Assembly (NCBI GenBank): GCA_963924565.1
Contig: OZ004614.1
Coordinates: 17,918,001 to 17,982,000 of the forward strand
Direction of reading: 5' to 3'
DNA length: 64,000 nucleotides
Source: Ascidiella aspersa
Taxonomy: Eukaryota
Shown: positions 46,501-61,500 of the stretch, piece by piece
Numbering within the stretch: position 1 is the stretch's first letter
How the letters are laid out: the number at the start of each line of letters is the position of its first letter
The notes under the pieces: generated by a model
Told to the model about the DNA's origin: nothing
Databases searched by the model: none
The model's input: the letters and a program-made list of their open reading frames with translations, nothing else
Made by a program: the position numbers and the translations under genes

Positions 46501-49500
46501 AAAGGAAGCGAAAGAGGTGCGTGAAGTGTAGAAGAAGTAGATAGGAAAGAATTACAGTGACACGCGGTGAATTTTAGCTTTTGATAACACGGTTATCAAA
46601 ATCTATGGTAACTTTAAAGACAAAAATGTAAATGTTTAAAGGGGGCGTTTATCGCCAAGCATTCATTCGATAGAGGCTTACAATTTTGTAATAAGTAACT
46701 CGAGCTATAGTTTTACCATTTAATTAATATAAAGACAATTTTCTGGTACTTTAAGGTGTATTATTTATAAGCCTTTTTTATTTAATGACAAAGGGGTGAT
46801 TGAATACAAAATATAAACTCTGATTTTCCAAATTAAACCGGTGTGTTTTTTTCAATAATTTGGAACGCCACGAAAATGTAACCTCTATTACAAATTAATC
46901 ACTTTAGTCTGTCAAAGTGGAGCGTGAGATATTTGTGGTTCTACATAAGCGTGAGATATTTTGTAGTACGCCATAATGCAAAACAGTTATGTCGTAAGTT
47001 CAATGAAAATGGAAAATCTACCAGAAAAAGCAAGCAAATTGCCAACGAATGGGAATAATACTTCATTTATTATCATGACGACATTTATTATAATTGATCG
47101 TCGCAAAGACGCGACGGACCCGATAGCCGATATAGGTAGAAATATAAATTGGAATCATAACGTCTATATGACTATACCAAGGTTACATTTAACACACCAC
47201 TTAGGTATTATTTCTAAATTATTTCATAAGCGAACTGATTTCTATAAAGTGGAAACATGTCAATGATATACAGGGAATTACAGAATTACAGTCTGATTTA
47301 AAGAAACGTGTAAAACATATGGCGCCTTGACACTTCGCAGTTCCTTAGCCCTAATGTGCCTTACACGTGAATATTGTGGTTTGCACTTTAGTTTAAAAGT
47401 TGCGTGACATTCTTGCCAACCTACCTGTTTTAGGTCGGTACGCTCGCGATCCGAGAATATACGATTGTTCCTCTCCAACAGCGCCACCTGGCCGCGAAGT
47501 GCGCTGATTTCACGCTCCATTGCTTCCTTGTCATCTTGCGTCATCGCAGCGCCAGCGCCCTCTAGCAACTCCTATACAATTTGTTTTTTTAATGCAATCT
47601 CCTATACAACAGTGAAAATAAATCTATGGGTTTATTCGACGACACAATAGTGCTTTACACAACTCAAATATAACCATCGGCTTTCTCCTCGTAAATCAAA
47701 TGAGGGATATGAGAAGCATATAAATCTAATCGAAACGGTAAAATTTACATGAAACCTATGCTTTGGAATTGATTTAACGTTGAACATTATTTTGACTATA
47801 AAATTTCTTCATATATCAATTACACTTCTATGCAACAAGTTTCATAGCACTGCTAAGCCTACCCTACCCTATTCCTGTATAGTTTATTGGGGGGTAATTA
47901 TAACTTAAACTAAAGCTGTAAGCGCATGAAGCGCTTATTGTATACAAACCTACTAAAATTCAAGAAAAAAATATACGGAAAGTGGCGATCAGACGATATT
48001 TAAGGCTAAATTACTTTAACGATCGCAAACCCTGCCATCCTCTGTTACACTGAGCAGGCTAAACTCTACTTATATCAGACTCGATTTAAACAATGCCATC
48101 ACTAAGCTGAATTTCAGCGAAACGTCCAGATCGGTGTAGTAATCAACATCACTGGTCATTATTTTCCCGCGCTGCCGCTTGTTTCTGTCGCAACCTAAGA
48201 GTAAGCAACCACAAAACGTAAAGCGACCGGCCGATGTTGTTATCTTAGACTTCGAAGCCGCGCGGGGATCATTGTGAATGGAATAAGCGTCTCGCGACAA
48301 TTCGCAAGGAAAACACTCGGCGCGCTGAACTGCTTTTATTTCGACTTGGAGCGAGTTGCCAGCCGTGGCAGTTTTCGACACTTTTGTCGATATTGTAGTG
48401 AATGTGGTAATGAGAGACTGATCTGAAGTTGTGCCTGACGTGTTTTATGGAATGTTGGATGGAGCTTTGGAACAAGACAACACATGTTCGGGTTTGGGTG
48501 TCACTGAGTAATGTATACAAACTCCGACCACGCACAATGTGACAATTAATTAGTATATTAGGAATGCTTCTGGTATTAGATGTTTTACTGGGATGCAAAG
48601 AGATATAAAACTTACACAACCACAGAATATCGTAAAGTTGAATTACTATATTGGAAAATTAATAGTTTATTTCGCCGTGCGACAGTATTCGTCTCGGTTA
48701 CTAAGCTTTGAAATCTGGCTATTTTACACGGTTGGTGGACTATGAAAGATTAGTAAAGAGCAGTGGTAGGCAAATATTTTTACACGTGTCACATGAGAGA
48801 CAAAGAATTTCTTGAAGGACCGGGTAAATAGGGATATCTGAAATACAAATCATTTTAAGTGTGGGCTATTTCTTTTTACAGAAAAGCTGTAAATGACATT
48901 GTTTTTACAAACTGGTCGGGATATAGGGCAGGCGAAATCAAAGTAGAAACATGAGAAGGATTAGATTTGTGGGAAAAATTATGAAACATGAGCCAAGTAC
49001 AGTGGGCCGTAGTTTACCAAGGTCTGATTTAAAATAAACATAACTTTGTTATCTCTTGTTCAAACAAGGGATGTTTTCAAATACACCTTTCACTAATTCT
49101 TAGTGCGAAACTAATTTCGCAAAGTATTATACTTTTTATATTTAATTTAATCCATCTTTTATTAAAGGGTCATTGTGTTTGTCTTATTTGGGAAAGCACA
49201 ACACGCTGAATACCCTTCATATTTTGCGAAAGCTGCATACTTTCCTTCTCTCGTCGTGATAAAAGACACAATGTGGATTGTTCTAATAAATTGTACATCG
49301 TCACCTTCAGGTTTAGTCTATCATACCCCTTCTATAATTTGGACCTAATCTGCTCAAGCACTATTGCAACTGCTAAATGCCTTTTACCAAGTGCTACAAG
49401 GCACGCACAAAACAAAGACTATTAAATATCTTAATGTTAGCCAAAATATGACTTTTTCACCTTTTAAAAAATAACAACGCCTTTGTTTGGTTGTTCACGA

Positions 49501-52500
49501 GGGTGCGGTAAAGCTAAATACATAAGCGCAATCACTCAAATATATTCGCTAAAAGGACCTAGCGAAATTCGCCCAACCCATATTTCAAAAATAGGCAAAA
49601 CGATAAGAACGAACCTTATTTCGTTTTTTGAGCTTCTCGATCATGAGTTGATAGCCGAGTATTTCTGCCTGGAGCGACTTGATTTGATCTCCCAGGGTTG
49701 CACCCAATCTGGTTGCCACGGAAACGGACGGCGGCTCGGAATCTGGGGTCACAGTGCCCCCGTTCTGGTCCGTGATCGGGGCTGGAATATCATCTGCAGA
49801 ATATGAACTGATTTATTAAACATGGTATGTGTGGTCGTTTACTGGTGGGTGAAAAGCCAAACAACTATCAACTTTTCATTATTTAACCTCTATGAGCTAC
49901 TGCCGAAACGTTTGCAACAGAGAAATGTTGATTTCATCGAAAATAATGGCTTTAGTATTTTAATTTAAATTACTAAAAAAACGTGTATTGTCTTTTAAAG
50001 TCCTATATTGTTTTCAAAAAATAATTTTCACAGAGTAGTCTTGTTAATGGTTAAAATGGATAAGCACTCCAAGTTTTACATAGATTTTTCAGCAAATTTC
50101 TCCTGTTTATTTCTGTTTATAAATGGGCCCAGTTAAAATTGATAGGGAAACTATTTCACTTGCAATGTTTAAGTAAACATTAGGCTCCTCACCTTCATTA
50201 AACTTGTCCTCTTGTGGGGCCACGCTTGCTTTAATGATTGTACGTTGCAAGAGAGCATCCCCTGCAAGACCGTCAGCCTCTGTAGTGCCCACTAGCGGTG
50301 CTGTTATTTGGGAAATAGTGGAGGACGATTTTGAGCTGTCCAAATCTGAGATGTCATTGTCTGCGCGACAATTGTAACTTTAGAGTTAATAACATCCAGC
50401 TAAAGTTTAAAGCGGTTGTTTACTGCTATATGCTATAGGAATGGTGTTTTTTGTCTATTGTTAAATGAACCGTACCATAACAGCTTTTGCCATAAAACCT
50501 GAATAAATTTATAAATAGTTTAGTTTTTTTCATTTTACGTAATAAATATATTGAAACTACAATCCTGTGAAGATTTTTTGGGCAATTTTAATTTGCTACG
50601 TAATATAAAGAATCTTTTTTTTTTGACATCTTGTGTAATAATTTCTGAAATCCTACAGCGACGACCTGATAAAATTTAAAATATCCCGCCATTCAGAAAT
50701 ATTTTATTCTAGCGAGTTTATATCTTGAGCAACAGCAAAAATTGTTTATACCTTAAGAAAGCTTGATTAGAACGCTACACAGAGTAACGTCTTTACACGG
50801 TTTAATATCACAATGGACTTTGATTGAGTTAAATACATAATTAACTGTTTGGAGCTTCATTCGAAATAACGAAAGTTATTTTTAATATAACAATATAACA
50901 CTCTGTGTTTTTTTATACCTGTGTCTTCCAAACCTTTCGTCGCTTGGTGTCGCGCACGTCTCTCCGCCTTCCATTCCTTGATGACGTCATCGAATGGTAT
51001 CGTTTGTGTGCATGCGTTGGTGTAGCCCACTTTCATCGCGACTCCATCAGTGTTCTGTACACGGCAGTCAAGTCACATTTACAGCATAGTTTTGAGAACA
51101 GTTGTTTAGCAATATACAAAACGTCTTTTAAAACAGCTTTACAAATTAATCCAACAACAATAAGGGTTAGATTGAAGGGAAAGCGCGCTTCCCACCAGGT
51201 GCGAATTCAGGATTTTTGTTCGAGCAGGGTTATGAATTTAGAATTAACCTTACGTAATAACAATGCGTAAAACGTTACGTCAGAGCGTGACGTCACTGAG
51301 CGAAACATAAAACTTTATAAAGAAGTAGCCTTGGGAACAGAGGTGGGAAATTATTTTTGACACGGGGTTGCATAATAATACGAAAATGTTTTGGCTGGCC
51401 GGGTCAAAATTAGGATATCAAATATAAAAGTTTCACTCCTTTTATATACAAAAGCTGCAAATAGCTTTGTTTTGACAAGTTGTAGGTGTGCCTTACAAGG
51501 GAAAATTTAAGGAAAAAACGTTAGACGTACTTTGGTTCTAACATGTTTATGAAAAATAAACCGTGGATTAAATTGCTTTGCCGGCCGGACCCTGGCTGCG
51601 GGGCGTACTTTGCAAAAGTCTACCTAAGAGCCTTAAACAGTTCGTTTATTTTATTAAAGTTTGTCGTAGAGGTGTTACTTTCAATATAAAAGCTAGAACA
51701 AATACGTTATCGAGTTGCACACTACAAAATCGCCTTTAGTGAAGTTTAATTAAAGAGGTTGTAAAAGACACACAACGCATAGGGGCTAAACGATTTTAGT
51801 AAAATGGGTTAATAGAAAAACAATGGGCGCAGGGCGCGAAAAGTATTCTATTCACGTAGTTAAAATAGGCCAAAAATACAGTGGGTGCATTATGGCCACC
51901 AACTTAACCTACAATATCTATATGCCAAATTTTAAATGACAAACGCTGTTATATTCATTTTGCGCGTTGTTCAGGATTTCTAAATGTAAAGATTTGTGGA
52001 TTACTTCCGTCAAGATCATCGAACAACTGAAAGGTACTGCCCACCCCCAAAAAGGACAACTGATGTAATTACCTTAAACTTACAACTGAAAACGGAAATG
52101 GGAGGTAAATATGGTGATGTGTCGAGGCTTTAACTAACTTACTATTAGTTATTGTACTTTTAAGTTAGATTACTTTTCCACGACGTTAGCTTTACCTAAC
52201 GACTTCCGCTAATATGCTCAAGGAAACCTTATATCAAAAAAACTACTTCTGTCTGTTACCTCATAAAGTCTTTGTAGTTTCTTACTTTAAATAAGTTTAA
52301 CATCAAACTATTCGTTGTCAACTCACTTCTATCCTAGAAGGTACAGCAACACAGGTAATACAATAACCTAAAAGCAACCCATGTTTTGAAAAAGATCTTG
52401 ATTACCCAAAAAGTTTACGCTGTACAGCACTTGACCCACGTCGCCAAAACACAAAACACTAGTATGAGCATAGCTCGAAACAGTTTCGCTTCCACATACC

Positions 52501-55500
52501 ATAGTAACATAAGCGATGGGCTTATAAAAAGAGTTCCCACATCATAATAGAAACAGACTTACAAGTTGGCCAAGCGGCGAAACACAATAAGCCTATGTAA
52601 GCAAAGCCGGTTTTGTCCGCCTTTCGTGTTCGGCAATAATTGTTCACGCTGTTTAAAATCGATGTTGGTCGCAGAAAGGGCGTGCGAACATAATAAAAAA
52701 TATTTTACAGTTACTGACGACAGTCGGTAACATACCCAAAATGATATTAAGATTGTTATTACTTCAATTAAAAACATTAAATAAGCAAGCATTGAACTGC
52801 TTTATAACACATTTTAATTTTAGCCTAAAAATACCCTAGATGGGTCATGTAAACGACGGAGTAAAAACACAGTGGACAGAAGAACTATTCGGACTTCTAC
52901 ACTTATGTGAGTGTGATAAACTCATATCTTGCACGCAACCGGAGTTTTTTTTAAAGTTTTTTTCCTGTTTTGTTTTAACATTAAAGAAAGCAGGCTTTGG
53001 AAAATGAGGAAGCTAAATAAAATTAGCGGTGTGAGCAAGACGTTTCACCAGTAAACATTTCCAATATGCAATAATTTTCAAACCATATTACGCCAAATAG
53101 GTGTTGTTTGGTTTCAATATCAGATTACAAGTGAGCTCACTATATGTTGACTGCAAATACAAATAAAACAACATACATCACAATCCGATAAATTTTGATT
53201 GTGCTTTTCTAAGAAACTCAACTGTCATTTCAAAATTGTCTCCACACTATAATCTCAAACCTAAATTACAGGAAATCCTAACGTCGTAGCCTGTAAAATC
53301 GCCGGCCAACTATATCGGCAAACACGTCAGGCTTTGTGGCTGTAACAGACGCACACTATTCGGAACACTGTGTAATTTCACCTAAAGGGCAAGGGCCAGT
53401 CCGGGCATGGCGTTAGGTTACGCTTTTATGAGACTGGAACAGCAGGTAACTGACAACGTCAGATAGCGACATTTGAAGCAAAGTAAATTAAGGAATGGAT
53501 CATGGGAATTCGGTTAAACGCCAACGTATATTGGACTGGTGAAACAACAATAGGTAAATATATTTTAAAAACGCTAATTTTATCAAGCCACAATTTAACA
53601 ACTACCCAGCAGATGGCACGTTGTACGACTTGATTTTGAAGCGCATTTTTAAAGGAACAAGGCTGAATGCGGTTGTCACAGGAGAGACGCTCCTAATGTT
53701 TGGTTAGGGAAGGGATTGTTTGACAACTTTGGAACCACGCCTGAACCTTAGGGAGACCAATTGATCAAACCCGAAATAAAAGCGGCTTCGAATTGCGATG
53801 ATGGTTCTTTGACGTACGAATTCTAGGCAGGTAAAGCAGAATATTGTAATAGGGTCCGCTGGAGGCAAATTTAAATTTAATCCTCGATATAGTAGAAAGC
53901 CAACTATGGCTGAACAGAATTCATCATAACTAGGGCCATTTTTATTTTAACCTAAAAAAAAATGTTAACTTTATTTTTATCAAATTGAAACTTTATTTTA
54001 ACCTAACGAAATTGCTTGTTTGTAGAGGCCATGGTTCTTCCCTGAATTGATGCCAGTTACCCAAACATAATATTTTGTCGATTTCAGACCCAAACGTAAT
54101 ATTTTGTCGCAAAGTCAAGGTGTTTTATGAATTATAAAAAGTGCATCAGGTTTTTTGGCAATAGATTTAGCTTGCTTAGGCATTTTTGTATTACAGAATG
54201 TCAGTAGGCTATTTCTAAAATCCAAATTGTTGATCTTCGAAAAAAAAACACGTTTGTGAAGATAAAGTGTTTTATAAGAATTATTTAAATACGAAACAAT
54301 AAATAAAAAAATGGACAATTTGCGATAAAAGTTACTGCTGATCCAAGTGGGCATTGTGACATTTTGCCTGCTTTTACGGGTTAATATGGTTTAATTGTGT
54401 CGCAGTTCCTGATTTACAATGCTTCCACGACGATTTTTACAAAAATTACTCTCAAGAAACACACTTTGTCAAAAGCCATAATTTGACAAATTTTGACTTT
54501 ATTAAAAAATTTTAACTTTATTGTAAATTTTAACTTTATTTTGACCTATAAATTTCTTAGAAACAGTCCCCTAGGTGCTGAAAACAACTTTATTCTTTGA
54601 TTCGTGGACAGACGAGGTCCTTAAAAAATTTTAACTTTAGTGACTTTTGCGGGCCCTAATCATAACAAAGGCTACACAAAAAACAACTTCCAGTTTTTCG
54701 ACTTTGTCCACAGAAATTTCGTTTTTACTTAATTTTACCACATAATTCTGCCTTTATACAATTGTCGACGCATGCGTTAATATACATTAGCTTGAATCGC
54801 ATCTAGACCTTATTCTGACGAGTTTTAGACTTATTTCGATTTTAGAGGGTACTACACTATAGGAATGAGCCCTATTTTAATCTTATTCCGAACTTAATTT
54901 TATTCCATCGTGATGTTGTTCTTATTTTGGTCTTATGGTTGGAGTCAGAATATATATCTTGTTCTGAACTGGCCTATTGACGTGTTCCAACCTCTTTTAT
55001 CTGTTCACCGTCCTGTCGAATCATCTTCTGGCATTCCTGGTCGAGGTCAATTAGTCGACACTGGAGGTCGTGGTTGTCCAGCTCGGCCCTCTGCAGTTGC
55101 TGACGTAACTCCTCAGCAAGCTTTTGTACTTCCTGGTATCTACGCGAATCCGAGAGAACGCGATTCAAATAAAATAGGAACACGAGGCGAATGTAACTGT
55201 ATGGTAAAGTTTGAATATGTAGACGGAGCAAGCGCAGTTAAAAAAGTAACACATTTTGTTATGTCCATAGTTTGTAAATATTATATGATAGAATGTCAAG
55301 TTGGCGAATAAAGTTTTTTTTCCTTTTCTATCGGTGATAATTATTTCCATTTGAACCAAGTTTATTAGGTTTTGTGAACCTTCAATCCTATTTGATCACG
55401 AATTCGTGATGCTGATTCAAGGGTTTAAAGTCGCATCGTCAAAGTATTATTATTTGAATAAAAGCACGTGTGATGATTATTCCTTCGCAAGTGTGAGCAA

Positions 55501-58500
55501 AGGGTTTAGAGTTGGGGATTGGTTATTGTGTACACACCATAAACAACAAAATGATAATATAACATAGTATTGTTTCCAATCTTTTGATAGTTCGTTTAAA
55601 CGTAAAACAAAGAAACCTGTGACGCCATTGGTCTTCAGCGTTCTCCATTTCTTTCAATTGGGCTTGGGATTCGTCAAGGTCTTCGTTTTTCTTCTTAAGG
55701 ACGTTAACCAAGGTTGCGTTGGCGGAACTCAGCGCGTCAACCTGTAGAAGCGACTAATCGGTTACAATTTGTATTGCTTGATTTGTTTGAACAACAGTTT
55801 GCAGTTTGCCTGTTCTTCAATTGAACAAATATAGTTTTTTCGCATAGCCCAAACGTATATCACTTTTTAAATCCAAGTGTTATACAACGCTGGTAAATAA
55901 ATTCTACATTGAAATTTAAGGTATAAAAAAGTTCCTTGAAATTGCCCTTTTGTTTAAATTATAGAATGATTTTACTGAAACGATGAACGAAATCGTTTTT
56001 GGAACGACAATTTTCAGAAAACGTCACAAAGTTACGTAATGAAGGGAAGTTATAAAGCACGAGAACCTTTAAAATGATAGGCTTATCGTTTGATGTCGTG
56101 CACAATAAGAAAACTAAAATGGACAAGCACATAGTTTTTTTAGACAAGACTTCGTAAGGAATGACGTAGGTTACCGGTACGGCGTCTTGACAGTATTTTC
56201 CGTCCTTATCACTGCTTCAAACACTTTTTTTTAATTTTGAACAAACAAAAAAAAAGCAATTTTCTTATGAAAATATTTATAAAACATTCAAGTATATAGC
56301 GAAGCGTTTATACCGCTTCGGCATACAATATTAACGAAGGTAAATACCTGGCTCTGAAAGTTGTCGTGTATATCGCCAAAGAATTCTTTTTGCATTGCTT
56401 CATTCTGATTTGTTAGCTCCTGGACTTGTTCGCGCAACGCTGAGGCCTCTTCTTCCATTTCCTGAACCTACATAATGAACGCAGCTTCAAAATACCGCGG
56501 TTAGCCTATTCTACACTGCCTCAAACAACAGGAAAAACACAAAAATTATATTAAAACGTGATCTGTGACAAAGCGTGTTTTATACGTAACGAACCTCACG
56601 TGAAGTTCGCTTATCTATTTTTAAACGCAAAAACTGTGCAAACCAAGCGTAACCGGGCGGTTTATATGACAATGAAGTGCAGTAATATCCGCTGGAATAT
56701 TTCACAACGAAAAAGTTAAATAATAATTTTTTTAATCTAAACGTAACTTTGTTGGAATAAAATTTCTTGAATGTTTATTCTGCGGTTCCAAATCGATGTT
56801 TTATGTGAAGGATTAACGTTATGAGCGGTTTATGGTCAGATTTTTTATTTTTACGATGTCTTGAAAGAAACCAATGAGAGCTAAAGTGACTGCTTGTGGT
56901 GTTGCGCAAAGCACCTGTTCGTATACGAGATGCTATAATGTTTAATAATAATAATCGCGAGCTCTAGATATATTTACCAAACGTAAATATATACTATTTA
57001 AACTGCAATAAAATTATCCGGGTGTCTTAAACCTCTTACACTAAAACTAGTATAAAACCGGAGGTAATCAGATAATTTCGTGCATAGTAAAAACACATGC
57101 CTCAAGAGAGGAATTCTAATCAAAACACCTTTTTACATTGACAAACGAACACTTATCAGGAAACACGCTTATGTCTATCATTAACCTGCTTAATGTCCAA
57201 TTGTGATTATAACACTAAGTTACGCTCGTCCGCAACACACACTAAGTTGCACATGTTCGACTGCTATACTTTTGCTATCTATTCTGCGAAACAACCTTGC
57301 TATTCCGCGTTGTAACTACGCCAAAGTCATAACTCGGAAACAAAGCGGCGCCACCGAGAAAGTTCGAATCTGAGTCAACACGCCGTAGCATCTTGTTTGC
57401 TTCGGTTCCGTGCGCAACAACGCAGGATTCCGAGATTGTTTTATTAGTGAAGAATGTCTAGTTTACAAGGATAGACCGCCCGAGTGGTATTGTCGCAAGA
57501 TTTCTCGATTGCCAAATGACATCTGCCCGACAGCCCTGTCCTTACACGTAACCTTAACGGTTAATTTAATACAAAAGTAGCGTTCGAGCGATTTTAAAGC
57601 AATGATAAATTGATTTTTTTAATAATTTTTTTTAGTCATTTAAAGTATTTATCCAAAAAATTATAATTTAAAACGTCATCTAGCTCTTTTTGTAGTGTTT
57701 GACAGCCTCATAGACGAACCTAATGTGCATCAGTAAAACTTTATGGCCGACATTAAAGATTTGAAACAAAGGTTTTATTTGAATTTCTAAAAAATCAACA
57801 TCTAAATGTCATGTGATTGGAATTGTTACCAAACCAAGTTAGAGTGTCCAGTCCTACATCAAGAATATAGATTCTTGAAATAATTGAAGGAATAAAGCAA
57901 AGTTGTGACAAATAGAAATCTTTATAGTGAACGAGAAGAGTTATTTGCCTCAGTCATAATGATTTGTTTGCGAATTCACCGACGAGAATAGGATGGCTGT
58001 TTGACGAATACCAACGGTCGCTTGCCTTGTGTTGACTCGTGACAAATAAACTGTTGAAATATATTGCCTCTTCGATATCGGTAGTAAAGCGAAGTAACGC
58101 GGGCAAGATGTGACCAGTCTATTTCGTTATGTTACTAATACTCGTCTTTTTACCGCCACCCTATGCGTTGGTACTGTTTGACGAAATGGCCCATCAACAC
58201 CACAGCGAATCCAAATTCTAACATGGAGTGAAAACGCATTCTTTTTTTTATAATTTGTTGCCAAAAATGCAATGCAATGTGGCTAAATTTTGAAGCATTT
58301 CTGCACAAAAAAATAGAACATTTTCTCACCGGTCTGTTATCCGGGTTGTTTGCGACAGTTGTGTAGTATTTTGATTTAATAATAGTATAGGCGGATACTT
58401 TATAGTATAGGCAACAGACATATCGAATCATCACTGATAAAATATCGCAAACTCAACGAGTAAATCCACCAGGTAAATCAAACCTGCAGTTGTAATTAAA

Positions 58501-61500
58501 AGCCGCCGAATAAAACAGTTTGTTACGAAACAGTATATATCTAATATATGTATATACTTTAAACTGCTCAACCGATATAATAGTGTCTGTGTTTACCTTA
58601 CTAGAATGAATCTCACTATCTTTTCCCTAGTTTATTTAATTACTGATGTTAGCGGTATCGTAGAATCTGCATGACCTTTTTTCTCAAGATACATTTGAAC
58701 AGATATGAATCACATAATGATTTTTGCATAATTATGTACTTGACTTTAAAGACAGTTTACCGAGGACTAGAGTTTAAAGTGTGTGGCATAAATAGCTGCA
58801 TCAGAAACAAACACAACTCAAACTTTAAAACCCGAATCCTTCATTCGAATTAAGGAACTGACGATGCCAGTATAGGCGAAATATATAGTCCTTTAACAAA
58901 ATGTGTGATCCTGGTTTTATACAGGTTTTTGAACTTTGAGTTTTATTTGCATATTAAACGTCAGCGGAACAGTGACCGACAAGCAAAAACCTTCTGGCAA
59001 TGGATTTGGATTTCCTAAAGATGCCCTTAAATATATATATATATATTATTATATCAGAGTATACATACCTGCATCAGAAGTTTGGCGGCCGCAGTTTCCG
59101 ATGCCAAGAGTCGCTCTTCCGTTCCCCTCTCCTCTTCCTCCGTAGTTTCTTCCCTATTTTCTCCCGCTCCAACCACCTGTACCACTCTCGCCGTATCCAC
59201 GTCGCACTCCTCGACGTAACGACCCGTGTCGTCATCGCAACCTACGTCACTGGAATGACGTAATTTCCTATCGCCTTCGCTTTCAACGATACTTCCAAGT
59301 TCCAGCTTGGGAACGATTCGGGCGGAATCATCATCATTGTTGCAAATGTTGGTGTTCTTGTTGTTGCTCATCTCTTGGATGCTGTCCTCCAGAGAGGCTA
59401 TCTTCGTGCGGAGAGCCTCATTTTCGGAGCGAAGGGAGTCATCCTGAACGAGAATGGTAAAAATAGATGATCATTTCACCAATTACCGATGTTGATTTAT
59501 ATAAGGATGTCCCATTTCGAGTGGCGGTATCGGTAGCATGGTCGGCAAAAAAATGAACTTCTATACTGTTTACACAAAAAGAACTTGTTCTGATTAAGTT
59601 TGAGATTCTGATTCCGAAAATGGCCTTAAAATAATAAGAAAATAGTTACTGTATACTGCAGCTGTGGCCAACTGTTTCATTGCGATCGACTGAAATGTTT
59701 ATTAGAGACTCTCGATCGACTAGTTTCGTAAAAGAGTCGCGAGAACACTTATTAAACATTTTGAGCGTTAATTGCATTCCACGCCAGCGATGAAGGTTAA
59801 TTTGTTACGTCAAAGAACGCTTTATTAGGCTTTTCCAAAAAAACAGTTAGTCATTTTAATTTTAATATTCCGCTTGTGTACGATAGCTACCGTAATGACG
59901 TAACACAAATATGGGGCGATCGACCAGGTAGTAGCGGCGATCGACCGGTCGATCGACGTGTTGGCTACCCTGGCATAGCATGGAGCTTCACACCAGAATA
60001 CATCAATTTTGCAGAAGTTTATAGACATAAATGTTGTATTAAAGTAATTACTGGGTGCAAACTCCAACACCGCTATCATATTTTTACTATATGGCTTGGT
60101 TCCCAACCGGGGTGTCATTTCTAACTATTAAGGGTGCCGAGACATATTTCAAATTATTTTGCATTTCACGTTTTGCTCTATTGGTAAGCTTCTTGATATA
60201 GTTTTTGGGGGACGATTGGGATTTAGCAAATCAAGAATGTTGTTTCAACCTTGTACAATGTGCACAGTTATTGTATGCTGTTTCGAACTCGTTTATTGTA
60301 CCATTACGCAGCTACTATCTTAGGGATAGTCATAGTAAGGGTTCGGCGAACTATTAATTATTTCTCAAGGGTGCTGCAAGCCAAAAAAAGGTTGACACCA
60401 CTACTCTAACATATCTAAAGCTGCAATAGAAACTAAGGTTTTTACAAAACAATTTTGAAATTGTATTAAACCAGGCCTTTTAACGATGCGACCAATAAAC
60501 TTACCTGTAACTTTGCCGCCGAAACGTCCGCCGACCCAAGACCGTCAGTTACGTCACTGCAAGTGACGTCATAGCGATTGTCGTCAGCCATGTCATTCCA
60601 GACGAGTGATCCCCGAGCGATGTCGTTCTGCATCCTGATGATCTCTTCTTCCAAAATCTCTTTGTCCCTCCGGAGAGCCTCAATCATTATCTGGGACTGA
60701 CCACGCTCTTCACGGAGCGACGAAAGATCCGTTTCTAATCTGAAGAAGATTAACCGAATTAATCTTAGCGTCGAAAAACAATCACACAAGTTTCGGTGTT
60801 TTTAAGATATTTGGGATCCTTCTCAAGCTTTTTCGTTGTTTTTTGGATGTTATATAATATGGCGAAAATAAACATCTAACACTAAGCATTGATCCTACAA
60901 TAAACCAAAATAACTATATATACTACCAATTGTACCATCTTTGTGATGTTTAGGTGTTGGGAAATCGGCGTTTCTATATTTTATGATCCTTACTGATGAG
61001 TTCCTTCGATAAAATCGTAAAACAGCTCATTTTAGACTAGCAGTTCATACTACATGATACGCGATTGAAAAACAAACATTCATTGGCCTTTAAAAAGCTT
61101 GAAAAGGGACAAATGTAGCGACCGTGAACAGTGGTTGTCAAGTCTTTGATGCTCCCCACTTTAATCAGCGATTAACAATTTGTGACATCAGCTATTAACG
61201 ATAAGTCATTATAAAAAGCACATATGTGAGAAATTGACAAATAGCTAAATATTCAAGCATTATTTTACACAAACACTCCAGTTCATATAATCTACCTTGT
61301 TTTAAAGTACGAGAAACTCGCCTGATGTTAAGCTGCTAATTTCAGTAATACTTTTGTTCTCCTGAATTTTATTTGATAACAAAGGTACACGAAGAAATAG
61401 CGCGCTTTTAACCGCATTTAAACAACTTTCCGAAAACAATCGCATAACAAAATCGACAGTTTTACGCAGGTCGCAGTCTAACGATAAATGATTGACATGT

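Noticed and set aside
46561-46572. cacgcggtgaat, a 12-nt match to miR-124
   Set aside because: The seed (aaggcac) is absent and I see no precursor hairpin.
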